From positions 4,306 through 68,305 of the forward strand of contig JAJQFB010000002.1 of NCBI GenBank assembly GCA_021201395.1: 64,000 nt of DNA, in the 5' to 3' direction. The notes under the pieces were generated by a model that was not told the origin of the DNA, searched no databases, and saw only the letters and a list, made by a program, of their open reading frames with translations. Origin of the DNA: Clostridiales bacterium. GTDB taxonomy: Bacteria; Bacillota; Clostridia; Lachnospirales; CAG-274. Below, piece after piece: positions 48,476 to 56,874 of this stretch (within the stretch, counting starts at the first letter, position 1; every line of letters starts with the position of its first letter). Made by a program: the position numbers and the translations under genes.

Positions 48476-49592
48476 TTATTTATGCTGATTTATTATAAAC
48501 ACACGCAACTCATTAATTCTGTCTAAGGGTATCTGCGTGAGTTTATTAATGATTATAGGTTCGTAGTTGTCTTTTATCATCTCCATAGCAACACTTTCCT
48601 TGCTTTCCGTGTTGCCCTTTTCGCGTCCTCTTGCTTCGCCCTCGGCACGACCTTGTGCATGACCCTGTGCGTGACCTTGAGCAATACCCTGTGCGCGTCC
48701 CTCCGCAAGACCCTCGGCTATAGCCTTTGCCCTGCTTTCGGCTATGAGATTTTCTTCGTGGATTTTATACATTTCCTCTTGATCAAATAAGTCTATCATA
48801 ATGTCAACAACCTCCTTTTCCTGTCCTTTGAGAAATTCCGTCAAAATTTCTTCGTCTTTACAAATGCGTATTGCTTCCTGTACGGCTTTTGAAGTCCTGC
48901 CGTATATTTTTGCCTGTGCATCAACTACCTTTGAAAATGTTACATACTGGCTGATTATGCCCCTGCCGTTTTTCTCGGTAATAAGTTTAAGGAACCGCTG
49001 ATTAATTAGCTCATCGCATCTTCAATGCTGCTTTTTCCGATTGCGGCGTCAGTCGCTTTTGACGTAGGCTCCGGCTACGCCCGCAAGCGACTTCCTTGCC
49101 CTCGAAAAAAGCGGCCTCGAATCTGCTTCGGCGAATTAATCATCGCTTCCTTAACTCTTACTTCAATAGCCGTTTCTTCGCCGCCGAAAAATTCCTCTGA
49201 CAGAGTTATAACGTCTTTTCTTGTTTTCTTATCGCCTGTATAAACGACATATAACTCAGGCTTAGGTATTTTAACGGGCTTAGAGTCATATAAATCCCTT
49301 TTTGCGGCCTTAAAATATTCCTGATAGGTTCTCGCCAAATACATAAAGCTTCTGATTATTATGTTTACCGATACGGTAGACTGGGCTTCCACAAGGACAA
49401 AGAGCTTATCCTTAACCGCAAAGCCCAAATCATTTGTCATATCGTTTATAAGTATGGGTTCAAGGGTTATTATCTCTATGTCATCGGCTGTAGTTTTTTA
49501 TCCTCAGGGCGAAGTGCCTGATATAGCTGTAAAAGGTACTTCTTTTGGCGAAACATTTTTGTAAAAACACTGTCTTTTATTTTCCTTTTCAT
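48476..49592 (-). pseudogene. Rpn/YhgA-like PD-(D/E)XK recombination-promoting nuclease (putative transposase) gene, interrupted by a MITE and by a 1-nt frameshift
   Basis: MKRKIKDSVFTKMFRQKKYLLQLYQALRPEDKK (frame 1), then TTADDIEIITLEPILINDMTNDLGFAVKDKLFVLVEAQST...VVYTGDKK...AIEVRVK, then the 168-bp insertion, then LITEKNGRG...TEFLKGQEKEVVDIM...AEGRAQGIAQGHAQGHAQGRAEG. Confidence 0.75.
48987..49154 (+). mobile_element. MITE-like palindromic repeat, copy 3 (subfamily B), inserted in the Rpn-family gene
   Basis: TTAAGGAACCGCTGATTAATTAGCTCATCGC...GCGAATTAATCATCGCTTCCTTAA, 168 bp. Differs from copy 4 at 2 positions by eye. Confidence 0.85.
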
Positions 49593-49771
49593 TTCATATC
49601 CACCTGTCGAGGCAGAAAAAAATCTGCTGCTTTTTAATTTCATTAATCAGGCTCACCCCCTTTCTTCTTATATTAATTATACTGTAAAATGGTTTAATTA
49701 TCAATCCCAATTCGAAAAAACTTTAAACAAATTGAAGAAACCGCAGTTTTCAAAGGCTTTTTTGTTTACAG

Positions 49772-49975
49772 CTATACATCTATTATTCCGTCATCGGGAG
49801 GTATAATAAAAATTAAAATTATATAGAGAATAACCGCTAAAGTTCCGAGGGAAAGAAAGGCGGCAGCTATCCAAATAATCCTTATGATTGTAGGGTCTAT
49901 ATTAAAATATTCGCCTATTCCTCCGCAGACGCCGGAAATCATTTTGTTTCCTTTTGATCTTTTAAGTTTTTTCAT
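49772..49975 (-). CDS. PspC domain-containing small membrane protein
   Basis: The ISGVCGGIGEYFNIDPTIIRIIWI pattern followed by one TM helix. 67 aa. Confidence 0.75.
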   Translation of the reverse strand: MKKLKRSKGNKMISGVCGGIGEYFNIDPTIIRIIWIAAAFLSLGTLAVILYIILIFIIPPDDGIIDV

Positions 49976-50006
49976 ATGTATACTTTTACACCTCCCAAAT
50001 GTTTTA

Positions 50007-50754
50007 TCAGTTATTTTTATATTTCATACCGCATAGCTTGTGTTCGGCAAAGCTGTAGCATTTGTCGCCGCTTACTATAATATGATCCAAAACCTTTATG
50101 CCTAAAGGGTCAAGATAGTTTTTGATTGCGGATGTTGTTTTGAGATCCGTTTTTTGAGGGGCCGAGATTCCCTCCGGGGTGGTTGTGGGCAAGGATTACA
50201 TATCTTGCCTTTGCGTCTAAAACCTTTTCTACAACCTCTTTCATAGACAGCTCTATGGAGTTTACGGAATTTGAGCTTATAACAAGATCCTTTATTAAGG
50301 CCATTTTCTTGTTTTTCTCGGTCAAACAGATTATATAAAAGGTTTCCACATCAGATGTTTTGCCTATAAATCTTGAAATTGCATATTGCCGGACACGAGC
50401 CGGAGTATCCAAATATTTGGGCTGTTCATTAAGCCTTTTTACATAAATTCCTGCAATATCGGAAATAAGCGAAATCAAGGCCGCTGTTCTTTCCGTAACG
50501 CCGCTCCTTCTCTTTATTTCGTTAGCATCGGCATTTAACAGAGCGGTAAGAGAGCCGCCGAATTCGTTTAATATCTTATGAGCAATTTCATTTGTATCGC
50601 CTTGAGGATAGGCATAAAAGAGCAGAAATTCCAAAATCTGATGGTCGGCAAAGCTGTCAAGACCGCCCTCTTTTATATATCTGGCGGTTACTCTCTTTCT
50701 GTGACCAGCGTGAACATTTTTAGGCTTTTCTTCTCTTTCCGTCTTTTGCTTCAT
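50007..50754 (-). CDS. radC: RadC-like JAB domain protein, split by an apparent 1-nt insertion near 50170-50180
   Basis: The first frame runs to ...VILAHNHPGG. The second frame carries EGISAPQKTDLKTTSAIKNYLDPLGIKVLDHIIV. Removing one G from GGAGGG gives the canonical HNHPGGISAPQKTD...DHIIV JAMM region. Confidence 0.8.
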
Positions 50755-52832
50755 CAGCTTTCCTCTTTAACTTCCTCGGTATATCCGCACTCAGGGCTTG
50801 AACAGGCTGTTTTCTTTGTTTTCTTTTCCACAAGGGGGCTTCCGCAAACGGGACAAAGACCGCCCGTAGGCTTGTTCCACGAAATAAAGTCACATTCCGG
50901 GTTGTGTTCGCAGCCGTAGAATTTCCTGCCTTTTTTACTCTTTTTAATATAAACCTTTCCGCCGCACTTAGGGCACTTTACCCCCGAATCCTCATAATAG
51001 GGCTTAGTGTTCCTGCATTCGGGAAAGCCGGGACAGGCAAGGAACTTTCCGTATTTTCCGAATTTAATAACCATATTTCTGCCGCAGTTGTCGCAGATTA
51101 TGTCCGTTTCTTCTTCCTTAACGGAAACATCAGACTGTTTTTCCATAGCCTCGTCAAGAAGCTCTTCAAAATGAGGATAGAAATCCCTTAAAATCTGCTT
51201 CCATTCGTGCTTTCCCTCCTCGACCTCGTCAAGCTGTTCCTCCATTTTCGCCGTAAAGTCTACATTCACAATGTCGCCGAAGTTGTTTTTGAGAATCTCA
51301 TTTACAACCTCCCCAAGCTCTGTGGGGTAGAAAAGCTTGTTTTCCTTTGTAACGTAGTTTCTTGCGGTTATGGTGCTTATGGTGGGGGCATAGGTTGAGG
51401 GGCGGCCTACGCCTATTTCCTCCAATGTCTTTATAAGAAGAGCTTCCGTATATCTGGCCGGGGGCTGAGTGAAGTGCTGTTCGGGGATAAGCTTCTCAAG
51501 CTTTAGGGTCTCTCCCTGAACACATTCGGGAATTTCCTCCTCCGGCTTTTTTTCCTCATATTTTTTATAAACAAGGAGGTAGCCGTCAAAGCTGAGTCTG
51601 CTGCCGCCTGCATTAAGGCGGTAATCTCCGCAGTCTATCTTAACGGAGCATATGTCGTAGACGGCCCGGGGAAGCTGGCTTGAAACAAACCTTTCCCATA
51701 TCATTTTATACAGCTTAAACTGATCGTTTGACAGACTGTCCTTTATCATAGAAGGCTTTCTTGTAACCAAAGTAGGGCGGATAGCCTCGTGGGCGTCCTG
51801 GGCTCCTGCTCTCGACTTATATTCCCGTCTTTCACAGATATATTTTTCGCCGTATTCCGTGCCTATAAAGGCTCTCGTTTCGGCGTAGGCCTCATCGGCC
51901 ACTCTTACGGAGTCCGTACGGATATAGGAAACAAGGCCTACAGTACCCTCGCCCTTTATGCTTACTCCCTCATAGAGCTGTTGGGCTATGCTCATTGTTT
52001 TCTGGGCGGAAAAATTGAGTATTTTCGAGGCCTCCTGCTGCATTGTACTGGTTGTAAAGGGAGGAGCCGGGTTCTTTGCCCTTGTTCCTTTTTTAACCTC
52101 TTTTACAATAAAATCCTTTTCCGAAAGAGCCTTTAAAGCCTCATCGGCTTCTTCTTTGTTTTTTATTTCTATATTTTTGCCGTCCTTTTTCGTAAGCTTA
52201 GCCTTGAGCTTTTTGCCTTTGGATGTTTTAAGGGCGGCCTCTATGCTCCAATATTCATCGGGTATGAAATTATCTATTTCCTCGGCTCTGTCGCAGATAA
52301 GCTTAAGTGCCACAGACTGAACCCTGCCTGCGCTTAAGCCTTTTTTTACCTTTTTCCACAAAAAGGGACTTATTTTATAGCCCACTATTCTGTCAAGGGC
52401 TCGTCTTGCCTGTTGAGCATCTACAAGATCCATATCTATGTCACGGGCTTCCTTTATGGAACGCTTAACGGCTGTTTTTGTAATCTCGTTAAAGGTTATT
52501 CTGCGAACCTTATCCTTTTTGTCGTTAAGCTTAAGGGCATAGAGAAGGTGCCAGCTTATGGCTTCTCCCTCACGGTCGGGGTCGGTAGCAAGATATATCT
52601 TGTCGGCGGTTTTAATCTCACGGCGGAGCTTCGCCAGAGTTTCGCCCTTTCCTCTTATTGTTATATATTTAGGTTCAAAATCATTTTCTATGTCTATTCC
52701 GAGCTCGCTTTTGGGCAGGTCTCTTACGTGACCCATAGTAGCCTCTATTTTATAGCTGCTTCCCAAAAATTTCTTAAGAGTTTTTGCCTTTGCAGGCGAT
52801 TCCACAATAACAAGGTTCTTGCTTGAAGCCAT
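50754..52832 (-). CDS. topA: DNA topoisomerase I
   Basis: Toprim N-terminus LVIVESPAKAKTLKKFLG, catalytic Tyr block VSYIRTDS, and C-terminal Cys4 zinc ribbons. 692 aa. Confidence 0.97.
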   Translation of the reverse strand: MASSKNLVIVESPAKAKTLKKFLGSSYKIEATMGHVRDLPKSELGIDIENDFEPKYITIRGKGETLAKLRREIKTADKIYLATDPDREGEAISWHLLYALKLNDKKDKVRRITFNEITKTAVKRSIKEARDIDMDLVDAQQARRALDRIVGYKISPFLWKKVKKGLSAGRVQSVALKLICDRAEEIDNFIPDEYWSIEAALKTSKGKKLKAKLTKKDGKNIEIKNKEEADEALKALSEKDFIVKEVKKGTRAKNPAPPFTTSTMQQEASKILNFSAQKTMSIAQQLYEGVSIKGEGTVGLVSYIRTDSVRVADEAYAETRAFIGTEYGEKYICERREYKSRAGAQDAHEAIRPTLVTRKPSMIKDSLSNDQFKLYKMIWERFVSSQLPRAVYDICSVKIDCGDYRLNAGGSRLSFDGYLLVYKKYEEKKPEEEIPECVQGETLKLEKLIPEQHFTQPPARYTEALLIKTLEEIGVGRPSTYAPTISTITARNYVTKENKLFYPTELGEVVNEILKNNFGDIVNVDFTAKMEEQLDEVEEGKHEWKQILRDFYPHFEELLDEAMEKQSDVSVKEEETDIICDNCGRNMVIKFGKYGKFLACPGFPECRNTKPYYEDSGVKCPKCGGKVYIKKSKKGRKFYGCEHNPECDFISWNKPTGGLCPVCGSPLVEKKTKKTACSSPECGYTEEVKEES

Positions 52833-52886
52833 GTGATTGTCCTCCTTTTACATTCCTTTATATTCATTCATATTTTAATACTTAAG

Positions 52887-53971
52887 TTACGGGCACACAT
52901 ACCTCGAAGCCGGCAGTTTCTTTACAAGTCCGCTCATTTCAAGGGTAAGCAAAATAAGCTGAACCTCTGATATGTCAAGGCCTGTTTTCATAATTATATC
53001 GTCGAGAGCCGTTTCTCCCGAATTTATACAATCATAAACCAATTTTTCTTTATTTTCAAGAGTAATTTTTTCCTTTTTTCTTTTTCCGCTTCGCAAGTCT
53101 CAAGCCCTATGGCAAAAAAAGCGTCTTTTGCTTCGGTTATAGGTGCGGCCCCCTGTTTTAAAAGATTGTTTGTGCCTTTGCTTGCTCTTGAAGTAATGTT
53201 CCCTGGCAGGGCGAAAATCTCTCTGCCCATATCAACCGCAAGATTCGCCGTTATAAGAGAGCCGCCTTTCTCATTTGCCTCAACCACCACAACCGCCATA
53301 GACAGTCCGGCTATAATTCTGTTTCTTTCGGGGAAATAACGGGGGTTTGCCTTTTCGTCAACGGGATATTCGGAAATAACACAGCCTTTTTCCACTATCC
53401 TCTTCATAAGCTGTTCGTTTGTTTTGGGATAGCAGACATTTATTCCGCAGCCCAAAACAGCTATTGTCTTTCCTCCGCCCTTAAGAGCACCTCTGTGAGA
53501 GGCTGAGTCTATACCGTCGGCCATACCGCTGACAACGGTAATCCCTGCCAAGGCGAAATCCTCTGCAAGCTTAAGTGCGGAGGATATGCCGTAGGGAGTG
53601 GCCTTTCTCGTGCCTACCATACTGACTTTTTTATCAAGAAGAGTATTTTTGTCCCCAAGAAGATAAACCCCCAAAGGAGCGTCATAGGCCTCCCGTAAAA
53701 TTTCCGGGTAATAGCCGTCCTCTTTTATTATATAGTCAGCCCCCAAAGAATAAACCCTTTCGGTATATCTTTTAAGCTTGTCAATATTCCTGTTTGAGGT
53801 TATGTCCTCTATGTTGGCCTCTGTCAGCCATTTTATGTCCTTAAGCTGTGCTTCGGGGGCTGTGTAAACCGCCTCCGCCGAACCGAGCATATGCAGAAGC
53901 TTATCCTTTTTGCCGTGGCTTATTTTTGAAAGACCCGAAAGCCACATTATATATTCTTTTTCCTTAAGCAT
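52887..53971 (-). CDS. dprA: DNA processing protein DprA (Smf), split by an apparent 1-nt deletion in an A-run near 53066-53085
   Basis: The Rossmann-like core (GMADGIDSASHRGAL, RNRIIAGLS) is in ORF 53024-53971. The C-terminal winged-helix (LVYDCINSGETALDDIIMKTGLDISEVQLILLTLEMSGLVKKLPASRY) is in ORF 52887-53096, in the -1 frame. Confidence 0.9.
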
Positions 53972-53977
53972 GATTTT

Positions 53978-55507
53978 TTATTCCCTGTTTCTGTCAAAGC
54001 CTCTTAAAGACAGTGCCTCGGCTAAGTTTGAAAGGCCTATGTTTTCACTGCCCTCAAGGTCGGCTATTGTTCTGGCTATTTTAAGTATTTTATGATAAGA
54101 ACGGGCGCTTAATGAAAGCTTATCGAAAGCATTTTTTATAAGTGCGCTTTCCCTGCTTCCCAAAGGGCAGTATTTGTCTATCCTTGAGGCCGTAAGCTGT
54201 GAATTGAACCTAAAGCTCTCGTTTTTATATCTTTCTGTCTGTATTTTCTGAGCCGCCGCAACTTTCCTCTTAAGCTCCGCTGAGCTTTCTCCCGGCCTTG
54301 AGTCCGAAATTTTACTGTAGTCTATGCCGCTTGCTTCGACTTGAATGTCTATCCTGTCGAGAAGAGGCCCCGAGATTTTGTTTTTATACCTTATTATTTG
54401 GTTCTGGCTACAGCTGCACCTGTCGGAATAGCCGTAATAGCCGCAGGGACAGGGGTTCATTGCCCCTACAAGCATAAGATTCGCCGGGTAAGTCATTGTC
54501 CCGTTTACTCTGGATATTGTAATCTCCGAATCCTCCAAGGGCTGGCGAAGCTCCTCCAAAACGTCCCGTGAAAATTCGGGAAATTCGTCAAGGAACAACA
54601 CGCCGTTGTGGGCTAAGCTGACCTCTCCCGGACGGGGAAATTTTCCGCCTCCTACCATAGCGGCGTTTGAGATTGTGTGATGGGGGCTTCTGAAAGGGCG
54701 GTTTGCTATAAGGGCGCTTTTGTCCTTTATAAGCCCTGCCACGGAATATATCCTCGTTACGTCTATGCTTTCGTCAAAGGTCATATCGGGAAGTATAGCA
54801 GGCAGTCTCTTAGCCATCATAGTCTTTCCTGAGCCGGGAGGCCCTGTCATAATTATGTTGTGCATACCCGCTGCGGCAATAAGCATAGCCCTCTTTACGT
54901 TTTCCTGCCCCTTAACGTCCTTAAAATCAAGCTCAGCCTCGGAACCGAAGTTATTTAATACGGCAGGCTCTGTTATGTAAGGCTCTATAGGGTAGGCTCC
55001 GTTTATATATCCGCAGCATTCTTTTAAATTTCTGACGGGAATTATGTCTATGCCCTTTACAAGGGCGGCCTCGTTTCTGTTGTCATAGGGAACAACAAAG
55101 GCGGAAAAGCCCTGGGCCTTTGCGTGGAGAACCATGGGCAGAATACCGTCTACACGTCTTATGCTTCCGTCAAGAGAAAGCTCTCCGGTAAAGACGGTTG
55201 TTTCAAAAATTCTTCTGTTAAGCTTAAAGCTTCCGGAAAGAATCCCCAAGGCTATGGGCAGGTCATAGGAGGGGCCGGCCTTTTTAAGCCCTGAGGGAGC
55301 AAGGTTTACAAGTATTGAATTATTATTGGGAAACTTAAGCTCCGAGTTTGCCGAGGCTGACTTCACCCTCTCTTTAGCCTCTTTTACCGATGAATCCGGC
55401 AGCCCCACAATATCAAAGGAGGGAAACCCCTTTCTTATATCGGCCTCAACACTTACAATAAACCCGTCAAGCCCGTTTATGCCGCAGCTTTTAACACATA
55501 CAATCAT
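53978..55507 (-). CDS. comM: YifB/ComM family Mg-chelatase-like ATPase
   Basis: Lon-protease-like N-terminal domain, Walker A GPPGSGKTM, and the LFLDEFPEF block. 509 aa, in the canonical position next to dprA. Confidence 0.9.
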   Translation of the reverse strand: MIVCVKSCGINGLDGFIVSVEADIRKGFPSFDIVGLPDSSVKEAKERVKSASANSELKFPNNNSILVNLAPSGLKKAGPSYDLPIALGILSGSFKLNRRIFETTVFTGELSLDGSIRRVDGILPMVLHAKAQGFSAFVVPYDNRNEAALVKGIDIIPVRNLKECCGYINGAYPIEPYITEPAVLNNFGSEAELDFKDVKGQENVKRAMLIAAAGMHNIIMTGPPGSGKTMMAKRLPAILPDMTFDESIDVTRIYSVAGLIKDKSALIANRPFRSPHHTISNAAMVGGGKFPRPGEVSLAHNGVLFLDEFPEFSRDVLEELRQPLEDSEITISRVNGTMTYPANLMLVGAMNPCPCGYYGYSDRCSCSQNQIIRYKNKISGPLLDRIDIQVEASGIDYSKISDSRPGESSAELKRKVAAAQKIQTERYKNESFRFNSQLTASRIDKYCPLGSRESALIKNAFDKLSLSARSYHKILKIARTIADLEGSENIGLSNLAEALSLRGFDRNRE

Positions 55508-55570
55508 AGCCCTTAAATTCTCCTTAAAGCAACACTGAAATTTTCTGTCATACTCTTATATTTTGTTTCC

Positions 55571-55738
55571 TTAAGGAACCGCTGATTAATTAGCTCATCG
55601 CATCTTCAATGCTGCTTTTTCCGATTGCGGCGTCAGTCGCTTTTGACGTAGGCTCCGGCTACGCCCGCAAGCGACTTCCTTGCCCTCGAAAAAAGCAGCC
55701 TCGAATCTGCTTCGGCGAATTAATCATCGTTTCCTTAA
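55571..55738 (+). mobile_element. MITE-like palindromic repeat, copy 4 (subfamily B)
   Basis: 168 bp, TTAAGGAACCGCTGATTAATTAGC...GCGAATTAATCATCGTTTCCTTAA. Located between the rsmG stop and the comM start. Confidence 0.85.
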
Positions 55739-55849
55739 ACAAATTCTTTAAACAAATACTACCATTATATAAAGATAAATGCAAGAGTTTTTTATACCGA
55801 ATTTATGAAATCCCATTAATATTTATTGCAAACATTTACACATATACTC

Positions 55850-56530
55850 CTACAGAGGCAATTTTTTAATCTTTGAGTATTGTCTGGGATATGTTTTGGG
55901 TGTAGGTCTCACTTTCTTTATATAAACAAGCGTGTGTGTAAAATCGCAAATTGTTATCTTTTCCGTTTTTTCCGTCCTGCCGCCCAAAAGCTTTACGGCT
56001 TTTTCCGCTTTCTTTACCTCTGCCTCAGGCTCAGGCCCTTTTAGGGCAATAAAATATCCTCCGACCTTTACAAAGGGCAGACACAGCTCCGCAAGCACAC
56101 TCATATCCGCTACAGCTCTTGAAAGTGCAAAGTCAAAGTTCTCCCTAAGGGGCGTTCTTGCGGCTTCCTCGGCTCTTTGGTGAATACAGTCGACGTCCCT
56201 TAAGCCTAAAGCGGAAACAACCTCCTTAAGGAAATTCACTCTTTTGTTAAGGCTGTCAAGAAGCACAAGTCTAACCGAAGGCTCCGCAATTTTAACAGGC
56301 AGCCCCGGAAAACCGGCTCCCGTCCCTACGTCTATTACAGACTTTCCATTAAAATCAGTAAATTTAAGAGGAGAAAGGCTGTCCAAAAAATGCTTATAGG
56401 CTATTTCATATTCGTCTGTTATTGCCGTTAAGTTTATCTTCCCGTTCCAATCAAGCAGCAGCTCCTTGTAAAGCACAAAATCCTCCGCCGCTTTCTCCGA
56501 AACACCGTTTTGAATTAAAATATTCTTCAT
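55850..56530 (-). CDS. rsmG: 16S rRNA (guanine527-N7)-methyltransferase
   Basis: WNGKINLTAI, DVGTGAGFPGLP and LKGPE blocks. Start trimmed to the Met (MKNILIQ) at 56530. Confidence 0.9.
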   Translation of the reverse strand: MKNILIQNGVSEKAAEDFVLYKELLLDWNGKINLTAITDEYEIAYKHFLDSLSPLKFTDFNGKSVIDVGTGAGFPGLPVKIAEPSVRLVLLDSLNKRVNFLKEVVSALGLRDVDCIHQRAEEAARTPLRENFDFALSRAVADMSVLAELCLPFVKVGGYFIALKGPEPEAEVKKAEKAVKLLGGRTEKTEKITICDFTHTLVYIKKVRPTPKTYPRQYSKIKKLPL

Positions 56531-56734
56531 AATCCGCCTCTTGATACAAATAATAAGGTAATAATACCACAAAAAATCCGCCATTGCAATAAGCCGAACC
56601 GAAAAATCAGTACAAACATACGAAAGGTTTTTATATGTAAAAATAAAAAGACCGTTAAAAATGGGATTATATTTAATTTTTCTTATTTGTCAGGGATTTT
56701 TTTAAAAAACGGGAATTAAAAATTACAAAAAGTG

Positions 56735-56763
56735 TTGGATAATTATTTTAAATATGTTATAAT
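56735..56763 (+). promoter_or_regulatory. sigma-A-type promoter for the pectin esterase gene
   Basis: TTGGAT (56735-56740), 17-nt spacer, TATAAT (56758-56763). Confidence 0.45.
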
Positions 56764-56785
56764 ATTATAGTGTTTTACAGAAGAG

Positions 56786-56825
56786 TTAAGAAACCGCTGA
56801 TTAATTAGCTCATCACAGCCTTGAA
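56786..56825 (+). mobile_element. solo terminal fragment of the MITE-like repeat (copy 5)
   Basis: TTAAGAAACCGCTGATTAATTAGCTCATCACAGCCTTG matches the first ~38 nt of copies 3 and 4. The remainder of the element is absent. Confidence 0.5.
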
Positions 56826-56874
56826 AAAAATATTGAAAAAGGAAACGGGGAAAGATAGAAAAGGAGGTTTTTAT

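Noticed and set aside
49025-49243. ORF-track protein MLLFPIAASVAFDVGSGYARKRLPCPRKKRPRICFGELII..., with a near-identical ORF at 55609-55869.
   Set aside because: Both lie inside copies 3 and 4 of the MITE-like repeat and run out into unrelated flanking DNA. They are identical because the DNA repeat is identical, not because a gene is conserved. Copies 1 and 2 do not keep the frame.
49620-49665. TTCATTAATCAGGCTCACC upstream of the Rpn-family gene, as a possible additional degenerate MITE end.
   Set aside because: It shares only the ATTAATCAG core with the TIR. There is no TTAA boundary and no further similarity.
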